This document shows, in pieces, positions 37,037-46,196 of a stretch of 53,859 bases of DNA. Each line of letters starts with the position of its first letter. The stretch's first letter is position 1. The stretch comes from Candidatus Micrarchaeota archaeon (GTDB lineage: Archaea > Micrarchaeota > Micrarchaeia > Norongarragalinales > JAPLXB01). The notes under the pieces were generated by a model. The model was not told the DNA's origin, ran no database searches, and was given only the letters and a program-made list of their open reading frames with translations. The DNA lies in the NCBI GenBank assembly GCA_026396285.1, contig JAPLXB010000024.1, positions 1 through 53,859 of the forward strand. Direction: 5' to 3'. A program made the translations under genes and the position numbers.

Positions 37037-39298
37037 ATGGTTTCCGAATACGTTGTCCGGACCGAGGGCGACCGGCGCCGCCTAATCATCAATTGCCGGG
37101 CGTGGCCAACCGGCCCCGACGTTGCGCGGTACGCAGAGGCGATGAAGGAAGTAATCGGGATACTCCAGCAGGTCGAGGCCGACGAAATCGTCCTCCAGGA
37201 GTACTACGAGCGCATTTACAACGAGGAGCAGACGAGGATGCTGAAGAGCATCGCGGACGTCCTCACTAGGTTTGAAACGGAGGGAATCTGGAGCCCGTCG
37301 CACCTCGGGAAAACGACGGATTCCAAGGTGCTGGCTCCGAGGCACGATGCGGTGCTTGCGGTCATCAACCAGGCGCGCGCCGACCCCTTCGGGGCATACC
37401 TTAACCTGTTGAGGGAATTGAAGAAGGAGACTGACAAGGCCGCGGGACTGGGCGGCGGCGAGGCGCTCGAGGACGAAAAACTCTACCTTGGCACGGTTAA
37501 TTTCATGAAACAGGCGTTTGAATCGGCGCTCATGATCCAGAAAATGAAGCAGTACCTGGCGCAGCTTGGCTCAATCCCGGCGGACCGCGGCATGTACTCG
37601 TCGCTTTTCGAGGTCGCCATCAAGCCGTCGTTCATCGGCTCCCGCATTTTCTTCACCGGCACCGAGACAATGGAACTGGTCGACCAGTACGAGGTCGTCG
37701 GCACCAAGATATACATTTACAAGCACCCGGAAAAAGTCGAGTACCTGTATTTCATCAATCCGCCGGAATACACGCTGCCGCCGGACAAGTACTTCCTGCT
37801 TGAAAAGACGAAGGAAGTGGTCGCAGGCCACAGGCCCGAGTCAGTGGGTTTCATGGACATGGGCCAGGCCCGCAGGTACTTCCACAAGGTGTACGTCGCC
37901 ACCATCGCGGACCTGGCGATGAAGAACAACATTTCCCTCTCGGTGGAGGAAAAAGAGGAGCTGGCGTCAATAGTGGCTCGCTACACCATCGGATACGGCA
38001 TAATGGAAATCCTCTTGTCCGACCGCCAGCTGACCGACGTGTACATTGACTCGCCGCTGGGCTACAAGCCGATCTACCTCGTCCACTCAAAATACGGGCA
38101 GTGCCAGTCAAACATCATTTTCAGCGACGAGGAAGCGCGGGCCATTGTTTCGCGCTTCAGGGCGCTGTCGGGCAGGCCTTTTGACGAGGCGCACCCGATA
38201 CTGGACTTTGACCTGGTTGACCTCCAGACGAGGGTGTGCGCCATCGGGAAGCCGCTGGCAGTCGACGGCACCGCCTTCGCTTTCAGGCTCCACAAGGAGA
38301 CGCCGTGGACGCTGGCGCAGTTTTTGGACGTCAAGATGTTCAATCCCTTCGCGGCCGGCGCGTTTTCCTTTTTCGTGGACGCGCAGGCAAGCATGCTCAT
38401 CGTCGGCTCAAGAGGGTCGGGCAAGACGTCGTTTTTGCAGGCCCTCATGCAGGAGATTCCGCAGAACCTGAGGATAATCGTCCAGGAAGACACCCAGGAA
38501 ATCCCGGTGCCCGCACTCAAACGACTTGGTTTCAGCATAGAGCGTTTGAAGACGCGGCCGCCCCTCGGCGGGGTCGGCGAAGGCGAAGTCTCGGCAGAGG
38601 ACGCGCTGAGGACCGCCCTCAGGCTCGGGGACTCTGTGCTGATTGTCGGGGAAGTACGCTCACTGGAGGCCAAGGCCCTTTACGAGGCAATGCGCGTCGG
38701 CGCAGTCGGCAACGTGGTCATGGGAACGATTCACGGCGAGTCAGCGTACTCCATCTGGGACCGCGTCGTCAACGACTTGGGAGTCCCGACGACTTCGTTC
38801 AAGGCAACCGACTTCGCGCTCGTCGGCGCGCCAATCAGGTTCAAGGGCTCGCTCAAGAGGCAGAGGCGCATACTGGAAGTCACCGAAGTCAAGAAACACT
38901 GGACCGAGGACCCCGGCAAGGAAGGCGGGTTCCTCCAATGGATGCAGTTCGACGCAACCAAAGACGACTTGGAATTGTTCGAAGAAAACCTGAGGGAATC
39001 CGAGTGGATTTCGCGCGTAAAAAGGATTAGGGGAATGACGTTTGAAGACATTTGGAATGAAATCAACGCCCGCGCAGTCTCCAAACAATACCTTGTTGAA
39101 ATGAAGCGCCAGAACGACATCCCCAGGCTTTTGGAGGCCGAGCAGACCGTCCGCGCGCACAGCCACTACCTCCTCCTTGAGGAAAAGCAGCGCGAGGAAA
39201 TCGGGAAAGTTGACCACAAGAGCCTCTTGGAAGAGTGGAGGAACTGGGTGGACAACGTGCTGGTAAAGGAACAACTGCAAATAAAGAAACTGGGTTGA
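37037..39298 (+). CDS. Large type II/IV secretion (VirB11/FlaI-like) ATPase
   Basis: GYGIMEILLSD, Walker A GSRGSGKT, EDTQE, ALRLGDSVLIVGEVR, GTIHG; long helical N-terminal extension. Confidence 0.92.
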   Translation: MVSEYVVRTEGDRRRLIINCRAWPTGPDVARYAEAMKEVIGILQQVEADEIVLQEYYERIYNEEQTRMLKSIADVLTRFETEGIWSPSHLGKTTDSKVLAPRHDAVLAVINQARADPFGAYLNLLRELKKETDKAAGLGGGEALEDEKLYLGTVNFMKQAFESALMIQKMKQYLAQLGSIPADRGMYSSLFEVAIKPSFIGSRIFFTGTETMELVDQYEVVGTKIYIYKHPEKVEYLYFINPPEYTLPPDKYFLLEKTKEVVAGHRPESVGFMDMGQARRYFHKVYVATIADLAMKNNISLSVEEKEELASIVARYTIGYGIMEILLSDRQLTDVYIDSPLGYKPIYLVHSKYGQCQSNIIFSDEEARAIVSRFRALSGRPFDEAHPILDFDLVDLQTRVCAIGKPLAVDGTAFAFRLHKETPWTLAQFLDVKMFNPFAAGAFSFFVDAQASMLIVGSRGSGKTSFLQALMQEIPQNLRIIVQEDTQEIPVPALKRLGFSIERLKTRPPLGGVGEGEVSAEDALRTALRLGDSVLIVGEVRSLEAKALYEAMRVGAVGNVVMGTIHGESAYSIWDRVVNDLGVPTTSFKATDFALVGAPIRFKGSLKRQRRILEVTEVKKHWTEDPGKEGGFLQWMQFDATKDDLELFEENLRESEWISRVKRIRGMTFEDIWNEINARAVSKQYLVEMKRQNDIPRLLEAEQTVRAHSHYLLLEEKQREEIGKVDHKSLLEEWRNWVDNVLVKEQLQIKKLG

Positions 39299-39306
39299 AT
39301 TTTCCC

Positions 39307-41379
39307 ATGCCGCCCCAGAGACCAAGGACAAAACCGTCTGGCCCGCCAAGTATTTACGCAACCGCCCCCGAGCGCGTTGCAAAAAAGGCTGCGCCGAAAA
39401 TACCTGTTTTCGTCAGGCTAACGCATTCAATCGGGAAAGCGTTCAAAGGCCTCGGGAAAGGCGCGAAATTCACTCCCGCCCAAGCGGACGCAATCGGGTT
39501 CATGGGCTACCCGATAACGCCCGAGGAATTCTACGCCACCTACAAAGCCATATTCATGCTCGGCATCGTCTTCGGGGCAGTCGTAGGAGGCTTGGTGATA
39601 CTTTCGTTCAGCGGAAACATCTTCGGCCTTTTGGCGGGCGTGCTGATTGTCCTTGCGCCAATCGGCGCCAGCTTCCTCTACCTCCAGTATCCCTCGATGC
39701 AGGTGCAGAACGAGAGAGTGCTGGCAATCGCCTACATCCCGGAAATAATAAATTATCTCGTCATGAGCATGCGCCTCACGCCCAACCTGGAAAAATCAGT
39801 CGAGTTCGCCGCCAACCACGGCAGGGGAAAAATCGCGGAAGACCTTAAAAAACTCGTTTGGGACGTCCAAATCGGCAAATTCCGCTCAATCGAGGAGGGA
39901 TTGGACGACTTAGCCTACCGCTGGGGCCCGTTAAGCGACGACTTCAAGCACGCGCTCATGCTCGTCCGCTCCTCGGTGCTGGAAACCGACCGCACGAAAA
40001 GAGAGGAACTCCTGGAAAAAGCAGTCACCGACGTGCTGGAAGGCAGCAAGGAAAAAATGGACTTATACGCCCGCGCCCTCCACCAACCAACAGTGTACCT
40101 CTATTACTTCGGAATATTGCTGCCGCTCATGCTCGCAATAGTTTTGCCGATAGCCGGAAGCATAATGCAAGGCATGCAGTTCGGCAGGCCCGAGTATTTG
40201 GTGCTTATCTACAACATTGCCATCCCGATCGGTATATTCCTTTTCGGGAGAAACATTTTGGCAGGCAGGCCGCCGACATACGTGCCGCCTGAAATTCCTG
40301 AAAACTTTCCCGGCCTCCCGCCAAAAGGGACCATCCGCCTCCTTGGAGTGAATTTTTCCGTAAAACTCCTTGTAATCCTAGTCCTCTCGGCCACAATCGC
40401 CGCCGGCTATTTCGCGGATCAAATCAACAAAGCCGGCATTCCGGAATACAGGCTCGCCGAAGAATTGCCGAAAATTCCGCACCTCGCGTTCTTCGACCAA
40501 TATGGTCTCTACGTCGCGCAATTCTCCGTCTTCGGGATACTGATTGGCATCAGCCTGGCTTCAAGCGTTTACCTGCTTGGAACGTATTGGGCGCGCAAGA
40601 AAGTCCAGGACGAGATTCGCGGAATGGAAGGGGAATTCAAGGACGCGATGTACGTGCTGGCGTCGCGGCTGGGCGAAAACAAGCCCATGGAGGAAGCAAT
40701 GAGGCACGCCGTGGAATTCCTTCCCAAAAGCAAAATCGCGTCAGAAGTCTTCCAACGGATCCTTTCAAACATCACCATGTTGGGAATGACTCTTGACGCC
40801 GCGATTTTCGACCCCACTTTCGGCGCAGTGAAGAACGTTCCCTCGCAAGTCATCCGCGGGGGCATGAGCGTGCTAGTGGACTCGGTTCAATTGGGCGTCA
40901 ACGTGGCCGCCAAGTCGCTGATGAGTTTGAGCCTGCAGTTGCGCAACGCGCAGAAAATCGACGAGTCCCTCAGGCACCTCCTGGAGGACGTTACTGTGAT
41001 GCTGAGCACGATGGCGACGTTCATTGCGCCGGTGGTGCTCGCAGTCGTCTCGTCAATGCAGCAGATGATAATAAACTCCATTTCCTCGGCGGCCGCGGGC
41101 AGCACTGAACAAGCCCAGGTGCCGGGCATGGGCGGCGGAATGACTAGCATGTTTTCCCACAAACCGGATACGGCGGATCCGGCCACGTTCGCGCTAATAA
41201 TGGGGGTTTACGTGATTGAAATCGTGTTCATGCTCATTTACTTCAATTCCCAAGTGGAGGACACTCACAACCCGTTACACACGTATGTCAGCATCGCCAA
41301 GGCCTTGCCCATGGCGGCGATTTTGTATTGCGTCACGCTTTTCGTAACAAGCATGGCAATAGGCGGAGCAGGCGGATAA
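39307..41379 (+). CDS. Fused two-module TadB/TadC (FlaJ-like) membrane platform protein
   Basis: Two T2SSF-like modules (IPEIINYLVMSM...LEKSV and FKDAMYVLASRLGENKPMEEA), about 9 TM helices; follows the ATPase. Confidence 0.8.
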   Translation: MPPQRPRTKPSGPPSIYATAPERVAKKAAPKIPVFVRLTHSIGKAFKGLGKGAKFTPAQADAIGFMGYPITPEEFYATYKAIFMLGIVFGAVVGGLVILSFSGNIFGLLAGVLIVLAPIGASFLYLQYPSMQVQNERVLAIAYIPEIINYLVMSMRLTPNLEKSVEFAANHGRGKIAEDLKKLVWDVQIGKFRSIEEGLDDLAYRWGPLSDDFKHALMLVRSSVLETDRTKREELLEKAVTDVLEGSKEKMDLYARALHQPTVYLYYFGILLPLMLAIVLPIAGSIMQGMQFGRPEYLVLIYNIAIPIGIFLFGRNILAGRPPTYVPPEIPENFPGLPPKGTIRLLGVNFSVKLLVILVLSATIAAGYFADQINKAGIPEYRLAEELPKIPHLAFFDQYGLYVAQFSVFGILIGISLASSVYLLGTYWARKKVQDEIRGMEGEFKDAMYVLASRLGENKPMEEAMRHAVEFLPKSKIASEVFQRILSNITMLGMTLDAAIFDPTFGAVKNVPSQVIRGGMSVLVDSVQLGVNVAAKSLMSLSLQLRNAQKIDESLRHLLEDVTVMLSTMATFIAPVVLAVVSSMQQMIINSISSAAAGSTEQAQVPGMGGGMTSMFSHKPDTADPATFALIMGVYVIEIVFMLIYFNSQVEDTHNPLHTYVSIAKALPMAAILYCVTLFVTSMAIGGAGG

Positions 41380-41455
41380 GGCCAGAAAGCGTGCCGGCCG
41401 CGGCTGGCGCAATGAATAAAAACCGGGGAAGAGTGCTTCAACAAGTGTTTGAGGG

Positions 41456-41983
41456 GTGGTTGGCGTGATTGGAGTCAGGCAAAGAAGGGGCCAAGCTTTT
41501 GAGACAATGATGCTCGTCATTTCAGTCATCGTGGCAGTCGCCATACTCGGCGTATTGCTCGGATTTTTGGGTGGAATCAGTTTCGGCGCAACCGGCGCAA
41601 AGGACACGATAAAATCCCTCGTTTCAAAAGTGTACCAGCGCGGGATTGGAATAGAATCTGCTCCTAAAGCAGAATTCGCCCCCGGAAACGATGTGTTTGT
41701 CGCAGAAGTGATTGGAGAAACGCCTATACAAGCTGCCGATGTCAGTTTTTACTGCCCCCCCGGCCTTGGCGAAATCTGCGGTTCAGCGGACAAACCGCTT
41801 AGCACTGGTTCTGGCGGCACCTCATTCAAGGTTCACACCAAAATAAGTGCAGCGATTTCGGTTTGCAAAGGACCGCGTCAAGCCGGAGCCGGCGGACCAA
41901 GCTACTATGTATGTGTTGGAAGCACGGACTACGCGAGTGACTTGGCGGACGCGTGCGCCCAGAAATGTGGGCTGACTCGTTAG
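41456..41983 (+). CDS. Pilin-like protein with class III signal peptide
   Basis: RQRRG|QAFETMMLVISVIVAVAIL; Cys-containing globular domain. Confidence 0.8.
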   Translation: MVGVIGVRQRRGQAFETMMLVISVIVAVAILGVLLGFLGGISFGATGAKDTIKSLVSKVYQRGIGIESAPKAEFAPGNDVFVAEVIGETPIQAADVSFYCPPGLGEICGSADKPLSTGSGGTSFKVHTKISAAISVCKGPRQAGAGGPSYYVCVGSTDYASDLADACAQKCGLTR

Positions 41984-42039
41984 GCGCCTCGGCTGCTGCC
42001 AGCCACTACTTTTTTATTTGGCTTTTACGCCAACAGGTT

Positions 42040-42273
42040 ATGGTGCAGATGTTGCTGAAGCGGCGCAGGGGCAGCGAATGGACGCCAATCTATATGCTAA
42101 TAGTAATGATTATCGCGGCAATAATAGTCATAAAGTTAATCAAGCCGGTTTTCCAGCAGACGTCAATTGCCGCCAGCGAGTCCCTTGAGGAGGCTAAAAC
42201 CGTTTCCCGTTCCTTGGCCTTCATCCTCTTCACTCCGGGCTTTTTGGAAAGGGCTTTCAAGAAAAGGGTTTAA
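42040..42273 (+). CDS. Small pilin-like protein with class III signal peptide
   Basis: KRRRG|SEWTPIYMLIVMIIAAIIVI. Confidence 0.7.
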   Translation: MVQMLLKRRRGSEWTPIYMLIVMIIAAIIVIKLIKPVFQQTSIAASESLEEAKTVSRSLAFILFTPGFLERAFKKRV

Positions 42274-42296
42274 ACCACTCCCGCCTTCGTTTGTTC

Positions 42297-43016
42297 ATGT
42301 CCAAGGGACAGGTTGATGCGCCAATCGAGCTTTTCGTAGCGGTAATAATCCTAGCAATGAGCATGACCCTCGCTTTTTACGTAATGAACACAAGCAGCGA
42401 AGCCCAGTGCATTGCCGAACTCCGTTCCGAAGTGCGTTCTCTCGAGTCGGCCATGGTTGACGTGGCAATAGGTTCGCCGCCGACTTCGCGGGAAGCGACT
42501 TTTAACATGAAGTCGTGCGGCACGAAACGCATTGAGGGCCTGCGGTTCGTGAAATACACTCAAGTCGATTTCTGCAGACAGTGCACTGGCTATACGCAGG
42601 GGTGTTGGAAAATAGAGCCGGTTTACATTGATTCGGCTGACGGGATTCTACGGCCCTTGACTGACGCGAGCATGTGTATTCAAATGCCAATGGACATGGG
42701 TGTGGAAGACGAATACATTCCCAAGCCGCCACAGGGCTATTTAGTAAACCCGAGCAACATTGACACTATTCACTGTATTCCATTGGGAACAACCGCATGC
42801 GTTGATTTGGAGTCAGGGCGTAGTTGCAGTCTCGACGTTCCTCAATCTGTTTTGAGCGATCAATACTGGCGCACACTCGGGCGAGTTCAGGGCGAGTCTG
42901 TTTTCGTATTCAAACTCACAAAACGCCTCTATCTTGGTACAACCGGAATCACGACCGGGCAAAAAGGCTACATTAGCGTTTGCGCCATGAAAAAAGAAAC
43001 AGCCGCGAGTCGGTGA
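42297..43016 (+). CDS. Pilin-like protein with class III signal peptide, Cys-rich
   Basis: SKG|QVDAPIELFVAVIILAM. Confidence 0.8.
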   Translation: MSKGQVDAPIELFVAVIILAMSMTLAFYVMNTSSEAQCIAELRSEVRSLESAMVDVAIGSPPTSREATFNMKSCGTKRIEGLRFVKYTQVDFCRQCTGYTQGCWKIEPVYIDSADGILRPLTDASMCIQMPMDMGVEDEYIPKPPQGYLVNPSNIDTIHCIPLGTTACVDLESGRSCSLDVPQSVLSDQYWRTLGRVQGESVFVFKLTKRLYLGTTGITTGQKGYISVCAMKKETAASR

Positions 43017-43017
43017 A

Positions 43018-43686
43018 ATGAGGAGCCAAATCGCGTTGTGGATGCTTACGAAGATGGCGATGCTCTTCTTCATCATCGCCCTAGCACTTTTCGCGACTAC
43101 GCTCGGGAACATACAGAGAACGAGCATGTGCTCAAACCAGGCTTATTCCGTGGCACAAGCAGTCGGCGGCGTGATAAACAACGTAATAAACTCGCCAATG
43201 GAAGACGAACGGAAAATATTCGCCTTAGAGTCCTCGCTTTCAATCGGGAAAACCGATTTTCAAAGGTATGCCATTAACATCCTGAAAGTAACAGAAAGCG
43301 GCGGGATTGGAAACCCAGAAACCGGTTTTTTTTCAATTCTAGTGAGGCCTTTTTCAGAGGAAACAGCGGCTAAATTCGATTGCACGACAAACGAATGCTG
43401 CGGCCGTTCGAACGTCCCCTTCGAGAATTTTATAGTTGACATGCATAGTAACGCGGGTAGCGCAAGGAATCCAGGCACCCAGACCGGCGAGGTGCTTGTG
43501 GCGGAGCCATCAAATCCCCAAGGCCGGAGCCGCTTCCTCGTCGTAATCAAATGCAAAACGAAACAGATTCCGACGCAAAATTATCTCGTCATCGAGGACT
43601 GCACCCGGGAAATAGGCACAGATTGCCTGAACTTTGAAACAGTCCGCGTCACGAATAACCTGAATCCATGCGCTTTTCCGCAATAA
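43018..43686 (+). CDS. Pilin-like protein with class III-like signal peptide
   Basis: MRS|QIALWMLTKMAMLFFIIAL. Confidence 0.7.
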   Translation: MRSQIALWMLTKMAMLFFIIALALFATTLGNIQRTSMCSNQAYSVAQAVGGVINNVINSPMEDERKIFALESSLSIGKTDFQRYAINILKVTESGGIGNPETGFFSILVRPFSEETAAKFDCTTNECCGRSNVPFENFIVDMHSNAGSARNPGTQTGEVLVAEPSNPQGRSRFLVVIKCKTKQIPTQNYLVIEDCTREIGTDCLNFETVRVTNNLNPCAFPQ

Positions 43687-43714
43687 CTTTTTTAGGAGAG
43701 TTGGAGTTAGTTGA

Positions 43715-44284
43715 ATGGTTTTCTTGAAAGGTTTCATAGGGCCGCTGGGGGACGACATTCCGAGCATTTTCCCAATAGTTGCCGGGATACTGCTGTTCAT
43801 TTCAGTAGTGGTTTACTCCGTTTACTTCGTGCAGGCAAAGAACGAATACCTGGATACGCGCAAGGCGGCGCTGGGGCTCGCATACATTGCAACAAAGAGC
43901 GGCGTGACTACAACGTCCGAATTCAACGCAGAATGCAATAACGTCGTTATGCCATATGCTGAAACGCGGGGAGTACGTTTTGCGATAGTGCTCAAAAAAT
44001 TCTGCACAGAAATAAATCTAGATTCCAATCCTTTTGACTCTGAACCGAGGCCACCATCAGCTGATGCAGGCGCAGTATGCACTACACGGGGAATAGGCCC
44101 GACGAAATTGATGGAAGCGGGTTCCCCGAATAGTGAATACATGCCTTCTGACTCGGTGATACTGAATTATCCGATTGCAGTCTACTGCCCGGACGAAGGA
44201 AGCGTCACGCGCGGGCTTGGAATGATTACCATAATGGTTTGGAAGAAGAAAGGCAGACTCGAGGAAGCGAGCGGCATGTCATAG
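43715..44284 (+). CDS. Pilin-like protein with class III-like signal peptide
   Basis: LKG|FIGPLGDDIPSIFPIVAGILLF; C-terminal ITIMVW strand. Confidence 0.7.
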   Translation: MVFLKGFIGPLGDDIPSIFPIVAGILLFISVVVYSVYFVQAKNEYLDTRKAALGLAYIATKSGVTTTSEFNAECNNVVMPYAETRGVRFAIVLKKFCTEINLDSNPFDSEPRPPSADAGAVCTTRGIGPTKLMEAGSPNSEYMPSDSVILNYPIAVYCPDEGSVTRGLGMITIMVWKKKGRLEEASGMS

Positions 44285-44294
44285 GTGATTTTGT

Positions 44295-44975
44295 TTGGTT
44301 AAGGGGCAAGCAGCGTTGTTTGACGGCATAATGTTTCTCCTCATTACCACGATGTCGGTGGGCATGATGTATTCCGCCATGGTAACCTACGGCGAGTCTC
44401 AGGACCGCGTCATGCGCAGCGCGCACGTCATCAATTACATGCAGAGCATAATGAAGAGCATTTACTTCATGGACGCGTCCACGCTAGGCGGCGTTCACGT
44501 TCCTGCGCCGCAGGCTGCAAATCTAGACTGTCGTAACTTGAGCAAGTGGAAGGGAACAATAAGCGTGGCTGACTTAGTGAAAAAAGACTTGGCCGACCCC
44601 ACTGCAAACAGTCTTGACGACAAATTCGGGTCAGCTGACGCGCCCGGCAAAACCGCGCTATGGTGCCTCATGAGTGAGGTGATGAAGCCCTTCACACAGG
44701 CGGGATACAAGTACGCGGCCGAAGTCCTTGACGAACAGTTCTACCAGACTTACCGAGATTCACAGTCATTTGTAATTACTGACTCGGCCGAAGTGCAGAG
44801 CAATATGGGTGATGCTTTTCCTCGCGGCGGGCAGCTAGGATTGTGTGACTCGGTGAGCAACAATTTCAAGGAAGCGATTACTGTTGCCGCGCCGTTCCGG
44901 ATACTCGTCGAGGACCAGAATGGCAACCCGGTGACGAAACAGTACCTGATGCGCGTGTGCGTTTGGCCATCCTAA
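44295..44975 (+). CDS. Pilin-like protein with class III signal peptide
   Basis: VKG|QAALFDGIMFLLITT; C-terminal MRVCVW strand. Confidence 0.78.
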   Translation: MVKGQAALFDGIMFLLITTMSVGMMYSAMVTYGESQDRVMRSAHVINYMQSIMKSIYFMDASTLGGVHVPAPQAANLDCRNLSKWKGTISVADLVKKDLADPTANSLDDKFGSADAPGKTALWCLMSEVMKPFTQAGYKYAAEVLDEQFYQTYRDSQSFVITDSAEVQSNMGDAFPRGGQLGLCDSVSNNFKEAITVAAPFRILVEDQNGNPVTKQYLMRVCVWPS

Positions 44976-45021
44976 AAGACGGCGTGAATTCATGGACGCG
45001 CTGTTGGCGGCGCGCACCAAG

Positions 45022-46050
45022 CTATTTTCTTTTAACAGTGACTTCTTCGCCGCACTTCGGGCACGTGTAGTAAAACGCTTCCTCAGTCGGCTTCACAGAC
45101 GTGGTGCAATTGGTGCAGAAGCCGGTGCTGCAGTATGGGCAGAAAACGACTTTCGCGTTCTTCGTCCCGCACGTCGGGCACACGGGCTCCTTTTTTTCCT
45201 CAGCTTTTGCTCCACCGGCTTTCTTCTCCGTCTCCCATGGCTTGGCTTCCTTTTTTGCCCCGCCAACCGGCGCGGGCTTTCCTGAAATCGCTTCAAGTTC
45301 CGCAAACAACGGCTGCGGCGCGGCTTCGCCACCCGCGCCAGCGCCCGCCCCCGGCGCACCGGCGCCTTCCGTTTTTTCGCCGAGCAGCTCCTCAATCGTG
45401 ATCTTCCTCTCCTCTTCGGCTGCGGCCTTCTTTTTCTCCTCCCGGCGCTCAACGCGCTTCGGGACCGGCTTCTGGACAACAGGCTGCGGAAGGCTCTCCT
45501 TCTTCAACTCAGTATAAACTTCCTGCGCCATCTGGCTGAGCTCGGTTTCCTCACCGGCTTTTTTTGCGGCCGGCCTCGCCGCGGCAGGCTGCGCCCCCTC
45601 TTTTTTGCCGGCAATCAAGTACCTTCGATGGACCACCGCGCCCGGCTGCAGCGCTTCGGCCTCGGCCTCTCTTATGATGTCCCTTATCATGAGTTCCTCT
45701 TCAACGCCTTTTTCACCCGGCTTCTGCACCGCCGCCGGTGCCCTGGCCTGCACTTGTTTTGCCTCTGGCAGCACCTGTGCAGCGGGTTTTTCCTCCGGTT
45801 TCGCTGGCTTCGCCTCTTCCGCGGTTTTTTTTGGCGCTGGTGGAACGAGTTCGTGTTTCTTCGGCGCAGTCGCGAGGGGCGGGCGTTTTTTCTTCAACGG
45901 AACCTCTATTTCAACCGGTGGAGCCACTTCCAGCTCCTCCTTCAGTGCGGCGAGTTTCTCCTTCGGCGTCTTCGCCGCCGGCGCCGCCGCGCCTTTTTTG
46001 GCCTTGTCTTTTTCAGTAGCGTCGCCCGTGTTGGCCATGAAAATCATCAC
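45022..46050 (-). CDS. Low-complexity (Ala/Glu/Lys/Pro) protein with a C-terminal 8-Cys zinc finger
   Basis: About 290 aa of predicted disorder, then CPTC...CPYC...CTNC...CPKC. Confidence 0.75.
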   Translation of the reverse strand: MMIFMANTGDATEKDKAKKGAAAPAAKTPKEKLAALKEELEVAPPVEIEVPLKKKRPPLATAPKKHELVPPAPKKTAEEAKPAKPEEKPAAQVLPEAKQVQARAPAAVQKPGEKGVEEELMIRDIIREAEAEALQPGAVVHRRYLIAGKKEGAQPAAARPAAKKAGEETELSQMAQEVYTELKKESLPQPVVQKPVPKRVERREEKKKAAAEEERKITIEELLGEKTEGAGAPGAGAGAGGEAAPQPLFAELEAISGKPAPVGGAKKEAKPWETEKKAGGAKAEEKKEPVCPTCGTKNAKVVFCPYCSTGFCTNCTTSVKPTEEAFYYTCPKCGEEVTVKRK

Positions 46051-46099
46051 CGCGCGCCCGGCGCCCCGCGTCCGTCGCTTGCAACGAAATGCATTCGGG

Positions 46100-46175
46100 G
46101 CAGGAATTTAAATAAAGTGCCTCTCTGCGGCCGCCCGCGGCGGAAAGGGACAAATCCAAACATTTAAATACTTCG
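46100..46175. promoter_or_regulatory. Divergent promoter region with two TTTAAATA boxes
   Basis: TTTAAATA near 46107 and near 46163, between divergently oriented genes. Confidence 0.5.
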
Positions 46176-46196
46176 TTACTGCTTAGTAGTAACAAG

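Noticed and set aside
37037-44975. Archaellum operon
   Set aside because: No FlaH/ArlH, FlaF/G or archaellin-type N-termini seen.
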